Virus record (IMG/VR): IMGVR_UViG_3300029305_011567
Direction: 5' to 3' (one strand)
DNA from: an uncultured virus (IMG/VR IMGVR_UViG_3300029305_011567)
Lineage: Duplodnaviria > Heunggongvirae > Uroviricota > Caudoviricetes
DNA length: 64,000 bases
The notes under the pieces are model-generated. The model had not been told where the DNA came from and did no database searches. It saw only the letters and a list, made by a program, of their open reading frames with translations. Both the position numbers and the translations under genes were made by a program. Shown one piece after another: positions 27,795 through 36,943 of the stretch (the stretch's first letter is position 1; each line of letters starts with the position of its first letter).

Positions 27795-29027
27795 ATGGGA
27801 AAAAAATTAACAAATCAGGAAATCATTGAAAGAATCAAGGCGGATGAACGTTATTTTAAAAAGTTGCCTGCTGAACGTAAAGCGGATAAAGAAATTGTTA
27901 TGGTAGCCGTAAGACAGAATGGCGATGCTTTGTACTATGCCAGTGAAAAGCTGTGTGGCGATAAGGAAGTGGTGCTGGAAGCTGTAAAGCAGAATGGCGA
28001 TGCTTTGTACTATGCCAGTGAAAAGCTGTGTGGCGATAAGGAAGTGGTGCTGGAAGCTGTAAAGCAGAATGGCGATGCTTTGTACTATGCCAGTGAGGAG
28101 CTGCGTGGTGATAAGGAAGTGATGCTGGAAGCTGTAAAGCAGAATAGCAAAGCGCTTGCTTATGCCAGTGAAAAGCTGTGTGGCGATAAGGAAGTGGTGC
28201 TGGAAGCTGTAAAGCAGAATGGCGATGCTTTGTACTATGCCAGTGAGGAGCTGCATGGTGATAAGGAAGTGGTGCTGGAAGCTGTAAAGCAGAATGGCGA
28301 TGCGCTTGCTTATGCCAGTGAAAAGCTGTGTGGCGATAAGGAAGTGGTGCTGGAAGCTGTAAAGCAGAATGGCGATGCTTTGTACTATGCCCGTGAAGAA
28401 CTGCGTGGTGATAAGGAAGTGGTGCTGGAAGCTGTAAAGCAGAATGGCGATGCGCTTGCTTATGCCAGTGAAAAGCTGTGTGGCGATAAGGAAGTGGTGC
28501 TGGAAGCTGTAAAGCAGAACGGTAACGCACTTCGTTATGCCAGTGTAAAGCTGTGTGGCGATAAGGAAGTGGTGCTGGAAGCTGTAAAGCAGAACGGTAA
28601 CGCACTTCGTTATGCCAGTGTAAAGCTGTGTGGCGATAAGGAAGTGGTGCTGGAAGCTGTAAAGCAGAACGGTAACGCACTTCGTTATGCCAGTGTAAAG
28701 CTGCGTGGTGATAAGGAAGTGGTGCTGGAAGCTGTAAAGCAGAACGGTAACGCACTTCGTTATGCCAGTGTAAAGCTGCGTAGTGATAAGGAAGTGGTGC
28801 TGGAAGCTGTAAAGCAGAACGGTAACGCACTTCGTTATGCCAGTGTAAAGCTGCGTGGTGATAAGGAAGTGGTGCTGGAAGCTGTAAAGCAGAATGGTAA
28901 GGCTTTGCGCTATGCCAGTGATGAATTGCGTGGCGATATGGAAGTTGCGTGTGCGGCTACCAGTCAGTGTGCTGACGCGATAGCGTTTGTTGACCGCGAA
29001 TTATTGCTTCGTCTGCTTCGTGCCTAA
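27795..29027 (+). CDS. DUF4116-like helical repeat protein
   Basis: 14 tandem 25-aa units of type DKEVVLEAVKQNGxALxYASxxLxG plus N- and C-terminal caps. Confidence 0.9.
   Translation: MGKKLTNQEIIERIKADERYFKKLPAERKADKEIVMVAVRQNGDALYYASEKLCGDKEVVLEAVKQNGDALYYASEKLCGDKEVVLEAVKQNGDALYYASEELRGDKEVMLEAVKQNSKALAYASEKLCGDKEVVLEAVKQNGDALYYASEELHGDKEVVLEAVKQNGDALAYASEKLCGDKEVVLEAVKQNGDALYYAREELRGDKEVVLEAVKQNGDALAYASEKLCGDKEVVLEAVKQNGNALRYASVKLCGDKEVVLEAVKQNGNALRYASVKLCGDKEVVLEAVKQNGNALRYASVKLRGDKEVVLEAVKQNGNALRYASVKLRSDKEVVLEAVKQNGNALRYASVKLRGDKEVVLEAVKQNGKALRYASDELRGDMEVACAATSQCADAIAFVDRELLLRLLRA
27885..28934 (+). repeat. Coding tandem repeat, 14 x 75 bp
   Basis: GATAAGGAAGTGGTGCTGGAAGCTGTAAAGCAGAA recurs every 75 bp. 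Confidence 0.97.
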
Positions 29028-29058
29028 CATATCAGTGATGTAAACGGAGGTGGTTTTT

Positions 29059-29757
29059 ATGCATTTAAGAACAGATGGATATTATAATGCCGACAAAGGT
29101 AAATACTTTGTTTTGACTGAGAAGGGTAAAGCAGAGTGCGCAAGCTACCGTTCCAAGACAGTCGGTTCCCCGGTTGATGAGTATGATACCGAAGCTGTCC
29201 AGTGGGCAGTAGAGAAAGGATATGTCGTGGAAGTGAATATCCCTGACTGGATTGTAAAGGAAGGGTACGAAGTTGTGTACGACCACAAAGGGACTGTTAT
29301 TCATGTCGGAAATTGTATTGTATTTTCGGAAAGAGAGATTGCACAGCGGTATTTGGAACATTATCAGAGCCGTCCGTGGCACAATCACGTATTGTATATA
29401 CGTGATACCGTGTATGAGGGCAGGAAACTCAAGGATTGCCGTTTCTTAGATGGCAAACGGGTTTTCAATAAAGACTGGTACTATGGGCTGAATGCCTTGC
29501 GTGTCGGTGATTATGTGGAGGAAGAAATTGTGTCCGACCTGATGAACTGTATCATGCCTGCGTGTATGAGGAGTGATTGTTCACAGCTTGGGGAACCGTC
29601 TTATCAGCGCGTGGATGAAAACGGTAAGATCAGGTCAACGTATGGAACCTTTAAGAAAGTGGCTGACAATACATGGGGTATTGTGGTGACTGTTTCAGAG
29701 GGGAAAATACCATGCGTGGCGCGGAACTTCCTTATGTATAAAACCAAATGTAATTGA
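29059..29757 (+). CDS. Hypothetical protein, probably frameshifted near the 3' end
   Basis: Alternative frame from 29679 reads YCGDCFRGENTMRGAELPYV* and stops at 29741. Confidence 0.65.
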   Translation: MHLRTDGYYNADKGKYFVLTEKGKAECASYRSKTVGSPVDEYDTEAVQWAVEKGYVVEVNIPDWIVKEGYEVVYDHKGTVIHVGNCIVFSEREIAQRYLEHYQSRPWHNHVLYIRDTVYEGRKLKDCRFLDGKRVFNKDWYYGLNALRVGDYVEEEIVSDLMNCIMPACMRSDCSQLGEPSYQRVDENGKIRSTYGTFKKVADNTWGIVVTVSEGKIPCVARNFLMYKTKCN

Positions 29758-29762
29758 TGTTA

Positions 29763-29795
29763 ACAAAGAGCATGGCTACTTGCCATGCTCTTTGT
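29763..29795 (+). terminator. Hairpin, possible terminator
   Basis: ACAAAGAGCATGGC-TACTT-GCCATGCTCTTTGT. Confidence 0.55.
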
Positions 29796-29818
29796 AGAAG
29801 TGGAGGAAAAGAAAAGTG

Positions 29819-30244
29819 ATGCAGATTCAGGTTGGTGATACTGTGTGTTTTCAGTTGTCCCAGAGTGAGCGCAGGATTAGCGGAACGGTTGCAGAAGTGA
29901 ATAATTTGACGTTGAGAGTGGAGTATGAAGGACCCTCTTTTAATGGCTGGTCACATATCACAAGGGAATCTATTATTTCCGTCAATGGCAAAGAAGTGAA
30001 ACAGAAGGCTAACCGTAAGCCGGTACAGACGCAGTTGCAGAATGTAAACTGTTACTGTTATGAAGCGTCGGACCAGTGGCATTGGAGTACACGCAGAATA
30101 CTCATTGTTACAACGGATGAAAGTAAAGCCATTGCTTATATGGATGATTTTTGTAAAAGACACAGTGATGAAACGGAAACGTGGTCATATTGTGCATCTG
30201 ATGTACGAAATTCACAGGGATTAATGGCAAAAGTGATTTTATAA
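29819..30244 (+). CDS. Hypothetical protein (SH3-like N-terminus)
   Basis: IQVGDTV.F pattern; RBS GGAGG. Confidence 0.65.
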   Translation: MQIQVGDTVCFQLSQSERRISGTVAEVNNLTLRVEYEGPSFNGWSHITRESIISVNGKEVKQKANRKPVQTQLQNVNCYCYEASDQWHWSTRRILIVTTDESKAIAYMDDFCKRHSDETETWSYCASDVRNSQGLMAKVIL

Positions 30245-30261
30245 GAAGGAGGAATAGGCAT

Positions 30262-31317
30262 ATGATTATACATAAAACCTATGATTATTTATCGAATACA
30301 GACCGTATTCTTATCTCACAGGACTTGGCAGAAGTATCGGTTCATAGCATACGCTTTGACAGATATTATACAGAGAGTGAGAAACAGGTAAACTTGCAGG
30401 CGGCAGAAATGATGAGCAAGGAGGAATACTCTGCTCATTGCAAAGGCGTATCAGAACTGTATAAAGGAAAGATGGAAACCATTCTGAAAGAATTTGTTGG
30501 CAAGTACAACATTCATCAGGTGTCAGAAGAAACATCAACCATGGTGCATTATCACAGTGATTGGGATTTGTTCTACGGCACCAATGAAGCAGGTGATTTC
30601 TTTACACTTACTTTTAATAAGAAAAGAACGCCTGCTGCCAATTTGAAACTTCTGGATGAGCTTCTTGATATTGTTTCCAATCTGCATGTGAAGAATGTGC
30701 AGTGTATTGTTCAGTATACAAGCATAGATCATGTAGAAGAAATCAATCAGCGTGCAAAAGAAATATATCTGACGCTGGAAAACAAATGGGTGTCGTATCG
30801 TGGAGACACGGGCCGCATCCGTATTGTTGACAGTAAAGATGGTTGCGATTTGTATGGTTTCTCTAAAAAAGGTGCGCATAAAAATTACATAACAGTGCCA
30901 CCTTCCGCACTTGTAGTAATGGGGATGTCAAAAACAGAACGCCCCGGTGTGATTGTCTTAAAGAAATCCGGATGGCAGGAGATTCATTACCAAAGACGTG
31001 AGTTTAAGCATGTCAGCGGAAGTAGCGGACTGAGTTTTGTCATGAAAGACGGAGAACCTGTTTTTCAGTGTGATAAGGCAAAGGAAAACTATGAGTACGC
31101 ACTTGCACATCCGGAAGAGTATAAGGATGTTGGTGTGAAACCCCATATTGAGAAATATTGGGAAAACACAACCATTCTTTGCAAATGCGGGAATGAGCTT
31201 GAGTTGCGTAACGAACTGCATGGTGCGTGTAGATGCCCGAACTGCGGTAAGTGGTATAACATGTCCGGACAGGAATTATTACCGCCCGATGAGTGGATTG
31301 AGGAGGTGGGTGTATGA
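30262..31317 (+). CDS. Hypothetical protein with C-terminal Zn ribbon
   Basis: CKCG...CPNCG.WYN.SGQ.L motif. Confidence 0.75.
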   Translation: MIIHKTYDYLSNTDRILISQDLAEVSVHSIRFDRYYTESEKQVNLQAAEMMSKEEYSAHCKGVSELYKGKMETILKEFVGKYNIHQVSEETSTMVHYHSDWDLFYGTNEAGDFFTLTFNKKRTPAANLKLLDELLDIVSNLHVKNVQCIVQYTSIDHVEEINQRAKEIYLTLENKWVSYRGDTGRIRIVDSKDGCDLYGFSKKGAHKNYITVPPSALVVMGMSKTERPGVIVLKKSGWQEIHYQRREFKHVSGSSGLSFVMKDGEPVFQCDKAKENYEYALAHPEEYKDVGVKPHIEKYWENTTILCKCGNELELRNELHGACRCPNCGKWYNMSGQELLPPDEWIEEVGV

Positions 31318-32108
31318 AACTGAAATGGAATATCGTGCATGATTGTGACATGGAAGATGGGACACCTACGCAATGGTCATTAAAGCTTGCAGACGGTATC
31401 TTCTTGTGGATCGACCTGACCGCGGATGGCAAATACGACGTGATTGATTCTGATGCAAAGAGTGTTTTAAAGGGTGACTTAAAGACGCTTGGAGCCGCGA
31501 AGCGGTGGGTAACGGTAAATTATCCCATGCTGACACAAAACACAACCGACATGAGGATTCTTGAATGTGTCATGACGGTTGATGAACAGAAACGTTATTT
31601 TTGCTTTACGGGAAAGGTTATACCGGATGGTGATACACTGGAATTTGAAGACTTGCACATTACAGAACGGACAGCGGAAGGCACATATGTTTTTGTGCCA
31701 CATGGTACTACATGGGCTGGAGCTAAGATAGATGAGGAGTATGCTATCTGTGATGTACTTGCACGGTTTACACGTAAGGAACAGGGCTTTGAAATGCCGT
31801 ATCGGAATGATGTGGTCCGGAAGTTTACGGATAAGTTTTGTGATACGGTAAACGCGGGTGCTTATGAGTTACCTGAAAAGATTGTATATGGCTCATTATT
31901 GAATGAATATACCTTATTTCTGGTAACGGATAAGTATACGTATTATAGCTCTGAGGACCAGTTTCTTATGCTGGTAACGGATAGCAGGGAAGTTATCGCG
32001 GATAACTACTTTGCCGAGGTTGGCTATTTGGACAGTGTGGCTGCGATTCGTGAGGGTAGTGAAAAAATGTTGTGGTACTGGGACGGCAAAGCTGAGTACC
32101 CAGAATAA
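31314..32108 (+). CDS. Hypothetical multi-domain protein
   Basis: RBS GGAGGTG; ATGA overlap with the upstream gene. Confidence 0.75.
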   Translation: MKLKWNIVHDCDMEDGTPTQWSLKLADGIFLWIDLTADGKYDVIDSDAKSVLKGDLKTLGAAKRWVTVNYPMLTQNTTDMRILECVMTVDEQKRYFCFTGKVIPDGDTLEFEDLHITERTAEGTYVFVPHGTTWAGAKIDEEYAICDVLARFTRKEQGFEMPYRNDVVRKFTDKFCDTVNAGAYELPEKIVYGSLLNEYTLFLVTDKYTYYSSEDQFLMLVTDSREVIADNYFAEVGYLDSVAAIREGSEKMLWYWDGKAEYPE

Positions 32109-32170
32109 CAAGGGGAAATGGGTATGAAAATACAGAAAGCCTATGGTTATTTAGAGAAGGAGGTGACAGC

Positions 32171-32365
32171 GTGACAATCAGAGAAGCAGGTAAAGGTGTA
32201 GTTGTTGGTGATACAGGTTCTCAGACTTACCGTATCGGATTTAACGGTAACGATGAAACCGAACTTATTGCAAGGAACGCTGGTGAACTAGAGAAGTTAT
32301 GGAAGTCGTTGTGTCCGGAGTTTGGTTGCAAAACAAACAGTGTAGATTATGTTGAAAGGGTATAG
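32171..32365 (+). CDS. Small hypothetical protein
   Basis: RBS AAGGAGGTG before GTG. Confidence 0.65.
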   Translation: MTIREAGKGVVVGDTGSQTYRIGFNGNDETELIARNAGELEKLWKSLCPEFGCKTNSVDYVERV

Positions 32366-32372
32366 GTTGTGA

Positions 32373-32618
32373 GATGAGCTACCAAAAGAGATAGTATATG
32401 GCGCTTTTTAAACGGTATATGAACTCTATCTGGTAACTGATCAGTCCACGTACAATTTGAATGACGATCTGATTGTTATGTTGGAAACGGATACAAGAGC
32501 CGTTATGGCGGATAACTACTTTGCCTAAGTTGGCTAAGCAGACAGTGTGGATGCGATTCGTGGTGGTAGTGAAAAGATGTTGTGGTACTGGGACAGTGAT
32601 GCTGAGTACCCGGAATAA
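32373..32618 (+). pseudogene. Degenerate copy of the last 81 codons of 31314-32108
   Basis: Colinear with 31863-32108; three in-frame TAA at 32409, 32526 and 32535. Confidence 0.85.
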
Positions 32619-32627
32619 CAAAGAGGA

Positions 32628-33029
32628 ATGAGCATGGATAAGAAAATGGATTTATTAAAAGTTGAGTTTCAGGTGGCTGTTACAAAACAGGACATTGACG
32701 ATATTATGTGCGGTGCGCTGGAAGGTGGTATCACTTACTGGTGTGATAGCGCAGTAGTTGTCGGTGAAACGTACTTAGGAGAATATGCAAGTGAGCAGAT
32801 CTCCCGTGGCGGACAGCTTGCGTTGCATGACTGTGAAGACGATGAGGAACACATTCTTACCAAAGAAATGTTTCTGGAAGGATTAAAGAAGTATCTCGAA
32901 AATCCGCATCCCTATGATATTACAGAAGCGACAAAGGAAGGCTTGAAACTTGATACATGTCAGGCAGATGCAGAGGTATGCGATATGATTATCCAGTATG
33001 CCATTTTTGGCGATGTGATTTATGGATGA
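32628..33029 (+). CDS. Phage/ICE-type conserved hypothetical protein
   Basis: ALEGGITYWC and D.IIQYAIFGDVIYG motifs. Confidence 0.75.
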   Translation: MSMDKKMDLLKVEFQVAVTKQDIDDIMCGALEGGITYWCDSAVVVGETYLGEYASEQISRGGQLALHDCEDDEEHILTKEMFLEGLKKYLENPHPYDITEATKEGLKLDTCQADAEVCDMIIQYAIFGDVIYG

Positions 33030-33125
33030 GAATACCATATCAATCATGCAGTTACAAGAAATCGGATGTGGTCTGTGAAATGCTTCATAGACCACATCCA
33101 TACAAATAAGATGGAGGAAACGCTT

Positions 33126-33494
33126 ATGAGATATGAAGTGATTTTAGAAAAAAATAATTATGCGCTGATTATGCGCAAGAACGAACTGGACGAGTATGCC
33201 GTTGTCTATGGACTGAATAAGGAAAGAGGCGACTGGGCGCATACGGTTGGTTACTATAACTTTAGTGAGTATTCATCAATGGATAAGACGCGGGCACTTA
33301 CCTGTGCGCTTGAGATTTTCCGTGAACGCACGGAAGAAAATTACATTGTCCGGGCAAGACTTGAGGAATTGGCGACATTATTCAAGGATGGACTCATTGA
33401 GGATGGTGAAGACGAAGCCATGGAGTATTTCAATGATACTTGCGAAATGAGTGCATCTGAAAAGGAATGGTTTGGAATTGGTGTAGGCGAATAG
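33126..33494 (+). CDS. Hypothetical protein
   Basis: RBS GGAGG before ATG 33126. Confidence 0.7.
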   Translation: MRYEVILEKNNYALIMRKNELDEYAVVYGLNKERGDWAHTVGYYNFSEYSSMDKTRALTCALEIFRERTEENYIVRARLEELATLFKDGLIEDGEDEAMEYFNDTCEMSASEKEWFGIGVGE

Positions 33495-33532
33495 CCTGCA
33501 CCTTTTCTTTGCCATAAGAAGGAGGTGTTTTT

Positions 33533-34006
33533 ATGCAGTTACCGGAATATCTGGTATATCTGGACAAACAAAAGAAGCCGTATTTAATGCAGAAATGCTC
33601 GTATACGGTAGAGGATGAACAGACCGTGTTTAACAGTCCGCGTAACGCTTATCAAAAGCTGTGTGAACTGACAAACATGGATGTAGCTGCGGAAGAATAT
33701 GTGTATGTACTTGCAATGGATACAAAAAGTCGTCCTTTAGGACTTTTTGAACTGGCGCATGGTACGGCAACGTGTACGGTAAGCAATCCGAGAGAGTTGT
33801 TTATCCGACTGTTACTTTGTGGTGCAACAGGGTTTGTGATAGCGCACAATCACCCATCGGGGGATATTGCGCCATCCAAGGCGGACCATGATAATTACAA
33901 AGGGATTCAGCAGTTGGCTTCTATGATGGGGATATGCATGAATGATTATCTGATTGTTGGAAGCAATGATTACTATTCATTCAGAGAACATGGTTTGATG
34001 AATTAG
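33533..34006 (+). CDS. radC: RadC-like JAB domain protein
   Basis: EE.V.V..., PRE.F, AHNHPSGD..PS.AD motifs. Confidence 0.9.
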   Translation: MQLPEYLVYLDKQKKPYLMQKCSYTVEDEQTVFNSPRNAYQKLCELTNMDVAAEEYVYVLAMDTKSRPLGLFELAHGTATCTVSNPRELFIRLLLCGATGFVIAHNHPSGDIAPSKADHDNYKGIQQLASMMGICMNDYLIVGSNDYYSFREHGLMN

Positions 34007-34021
34007 AAGGAGGAATGGAAT

Positions 34022-34519
34022 ATGAAAACCATCTATGTTGCCAAGGATGGCAAGCCGTTTGATTTCCAATGGGAATGCGAGAAGTATGAGAAGCAGTTAG
34101 AAAAACAGGAGGAAGAAAAACGGAAACAGGAGATAAAGCGTCTAAGCGACGCTTTTTTGTTAAGTGTCGGCTTTGATGTAAGCAAGTACCATACGGAATT
34201 AGAAAAGAATCAGGCATTGGGTATGACCTGACTGATTTTTGATAAGTATGGAAATGTGAAAGGTTTGAAAACCTGTGGTGGTGGTTTGCTTGAGCGGCAT
34301 GGTGTTACGTGTGATTTTCGGTATGTGTCGGGTGATGAGAACGACAATGATCCGGAAATTATGGATAACTGGCTGAGAGAAAACAAGCTGTATGGTCATG
34401 TGCTGACGAGTTTTGATGAGCGACCGTATGCGGAGTTCTATCAGTGGGATTTACTTGGAAAGCTCAAGAACCTTTGCTGGGAAGTCAAAGGCGGACAACT
34501 GGTAAATACAGCGTGGTAG
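34022..34519 (+). pseudogene. Single reading frame interrupted by one in-frame TGA (34229-34231)
   Basis: ORFs 34022-34231 and 34256-34519 are in the same frame with no other stop between them; the second has no clear RBS. Confidence 0.65.
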
Positions 34520-34563
34520 TTGTAAATGCGCTAAAAATGCTTAATAAATAGGAGGATAAAAGC

Positions 34564-35043
34564 ATGGCAGATGATATCTATGGAGTAATCGTAAAACATG
34601 AGGAGGATGTGTATTCTCTGGCAACGGAGATACCGTTTTCGGATGCGGAAAATCAGATTATTAACCGTTTGCTTGCAGAGCATGAAACAGAGGGCGGTTC
34701 CGTTTGTGGTACCCTTTATGATGTAAAAGAAGCAATACGGGCAAATAAGCCGCATAATTGTGGCGAGCGCAGAAAAGTCTTGGTTGTATATGGCAAGGAA
34801 GGATATCAGATTTTATTTGTAACGGATGCACCAAAAGCAGAGATTCTGAATTGGGGCAGACGTTTTATGTCTGAATGGGAACGTGTTAATATCACCGGCT
34901 TTGACAGCTTAAAAGCCATGTACTATGTAAAGGTATTGCATGATACCTTTATTGAAGAAAACAAGGCGTTGATTGATATTATCGGGTATGACGAAATGTA
35001 CGACTTAAATGATATTGTCACAACGAATGAACAGGAGGGGTAA
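34564..35043 (+). CDS. Hypothetical protein
   Basis: RBS AGGAGG. Confidence 0.7.
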   Translation: MADDIYGVIVKHEEDVYSLATEIPFSDAENQIINRLLAEHETEGGSVCGTLYDVKEAIRANKPHNCGERRKVLVVYGKEGYQILFVTDAPKAEILNWGRRFMSEWERVNITGFDSLKAMYYVKVLHDTFIEENKALIDIIGYDEMYDLNDIVTTNEQEG

Positions 35044-35045
35044 GC

Positions 35046-35456
35046 ATGGATTTTTCGATGAGTATAAATATCCGATTTAACAGAGCAGTAGATGCCCGGG
35101 TAGATATTGTGTGGCCCGGTGGTTATACCATGGTGATGAATAATGAAGAGATTCATTTTGATTTTTGTCAGTTTGGCAGTTATGTGGATGAAAATGATAA
35201 GGCACTTGTGCATGTATTCCATGAGGCGCCGGACGTTGAAGAATATCCGATTATGGAGAACTTGACAAAAGAGCATCTGTTAAGTGTAACCAAGATTCCG
35301 GAAGTTTTTGTTTTTACCGGGGAGAAAGGAGAAACAGACTTAAAACCAGTTGCGGTGGAAATGCTCAGTTTTTTAATTGAGGATGGAACCGGAAAGGTGA
35401 TTATGGTGCCTGAGCAGATTGCCAAGGCAGCAGTGGTTTGTTGCAATATCGAATAG
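35046..35456 (+). CDS. Hypothetical protein
   Basis: RBS AGGAGG. Confidence 0.7.
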   Translation: MDFSMSINIRFNRAVDARVDIVWPGGYTMVMNNEEIHFDFCQFGSYVDENDKALVHVFHEAPDVEEYPIMENLTKEHLLSVTKIPEVFVFTGEKGETDLKPVAVEMLSFLIEDGTGKVIMVPEQIAKAAVVCCNIE

Positions 35457-35467
35457 GAGGGCTGCTT

Positions 35468-35866
35468 ATGAAAGTGGTATATGTAAACACGGAAAGTGAA
35501 AAGGATAGTAGAGGAAGTGTAGAGGTTATGGATATTGAGATGGAGCTGGAGGTATACTATGACCTGCTTCATTGCTCTACCATTGACATTGTGGTGCGGA
35601 AAATTGATGGTAAATCGTATGCTATTATCTGTGACGATGAAGCCACGTTTGTTCCGATGCCAAAGGTGTCGGCTGTAAGTAGAAGTATGGATATGCAGAT
35701 GTATGGCAGTTTGATTGTCTGTGCGTTGAATGAACGTCGGTATACGGATGAGGGGGACGATTATCGTGACCTGACCGACTCCGAAGTGATGTCGATACTT
35801 CGTCGTGGTGCAGTTGGAACTACACGTTCCTATCCGCAGGGCTTACGTATGATTGTAATGGATTAG
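35468..35866 (+). CDS. DUF3846-like protein
   Basis: L.C.TID.V...I.G..Y.IICDDE ... G.LIV pattern. Confidence 0.65.
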   Translation: MKVVYVNTESEKDSRGSVEVMDIEMELEVYYDLLHCSTIDIVVRKIDGKSYAIICDDEATFVPMPKVSAVSRSMDMQMYGSLIVCALNERRYTDEGDDYRDLTDSEVMSILRRGAVGTTRSYPQGLRMIVMD

Positions 35867-35875
35867 CATTACAGG

Positions 35876-35925
35876 AAGTGTGTGGGGTGGTTATCTTAGG
35901 ATAATCATTCCCACACACTTTTTTT
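35876..35925 (+). terminator. Intrinsic terminator ending operon A
   Basis: AAGTGTGTGGG...CCCACACACTT + T run. Confidence 0.85.
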
Positions 35926-36082
35926 GCTTTATAGGAAAGACCTTGTCACACTAACGTGTGAAAGGCTTTCCCATAAAGCAAAACGCTCCGCGGGATGCGC
36001 ACTCGCGCGTACAAGGTAATTGTCGCTAACGCGCCCGCGCTCGGTGCGAGAGTCCGTAAACGGACTCTTTGTTCTTTTATAC

Positions 36083-36276
36083 TTGCATTTTTTTGGGATA
36101 TCGTGCATAATATAAGTATCTTCTATTTGTGTATTATGACTACGCCGCCCCATAAGGCGCAATTTTGAAAATTCCTACTGGTTAGGTGGTGTTGGATAAT
36201 GGAGGGTAATGATAGTTTCACGGTTTGAATGGTTGCGCATACATACGTATGTGCTTTTTTTGTGCCCTGAAACTAT
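36083..36276 (+). promoter_or_regulatory. Repeated promoter/structured leader element, copy 2 (diverged)
   Basis: TTGCAT-17-CATAAT; near-identical core; altered terminator stem that still pairs. Confidence 0.88.
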
Positions 36277-36353
36277 TTTTATATATACAAAATAAAATAA
36301 TAAAAGGAGGTGTAGCGTATGAAAGGTACGCAAACAAAGGAAGTGATGTGCGT

Positions 36354-36623
36354 ATGACAGTCACTTGTAACAAAGGCTTAGATATGGTGTATAAGGGAAA
36401 GATGCCTTATGCGGAGTTTCTAAGTAAACTGGTGGGGTTATACAGCCAGTACACGGATATGTCTTTGGAAGAGTTTCTGCGCACAGTCTGCGTTATGGAT
36501 CTGCCGATTGGGCAGCAGGCAAGACTCTGTGCGGATATCAAAAAGCGTATTGAGGGAGGAAACACGATATACTTTAACGAAGGAAAAAGATATCCTGTTT
36601 TCTCAGAAAGGAGCGACTTATGA
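36354..36623 (+). CDS. Hypothetical protein
   Basis: ATG 36354 overlaps the stop of a 12-codon upstream ORF. Confidence 0.6.
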   Translation: MTVTCNKGLDMVYKGKMPYAEFLSKLVGLYSQYTDMSLEEFLRTVCVMDLPIGQQARLCADIKKRIEGGNTIYFNEGKRYPVFSERSDL

Positions 36624-36928
36624 AAGATGCTCTCAATGTAAGAACTTTTCTAAAGGGGCTTGATAAAGCAAGGGCGTGTAGTGAACAGGATTCGATTCAT
36701 ATTGACAGCAAGCAGATGGCAATGCTGTATGAACTGATATCGAATAAAGAAATCCCGTCGTGTACCAGTGATGAGATTCTGGAAATGACACACTACGTTG
36801 GTGCTTTATGCGGCTCCATCCATACGCATGAGGAAAAATGGACGAGTGAAACGTGGGGATATGGAAACATGGCGTTTTACAAAGAACTCAGAGATATTCC
36901 TTCTGCCACAAAGAGAAGATTGTTTTAA
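36620..36928 (+). CDS. Hypothetical protein
   Basis: RBS AAGGAG; ATGA overlap. Confidence 0.7.
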   Translation: MKDALNVRTFLKGLDKARACSEQDSIHIDSKQMAMLYELISNKEIPSCTSDEILEMTHYVGALCGSIHTHEEKWTSETWGYGNMAFYKELRDIPSATKRRLF

Positions 36929-36943
36929 AAGGAGGTATGTATC

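Noticed and set aside
27807..28830. Long minus-strand repeat ORFs (310 aa and 149 aa)
   Set aside because: Shadows of the coding tandem repeat
27885..28934. CRISPR array (regular ~35-bp constant block with ~40-bp intervening segments)
   Set aside because: The intervening segments are near-identical to each other, the period is exactly 75 bp in one open frame with RBS, and no cas genes are present
31863..32618. Diversity-generating retroelement TR/VR pair
   Set aside because: Differences are not restricted to adenines of one copy and no reverse transcriptase is visible
36020..36045. MOBQ-type nic site (CTAACGCGCCC resembles TAAGTGCGCCCT)
   Set aside because: Imperfect match and no relaxase in the window; kept only as part of the structured-region finding
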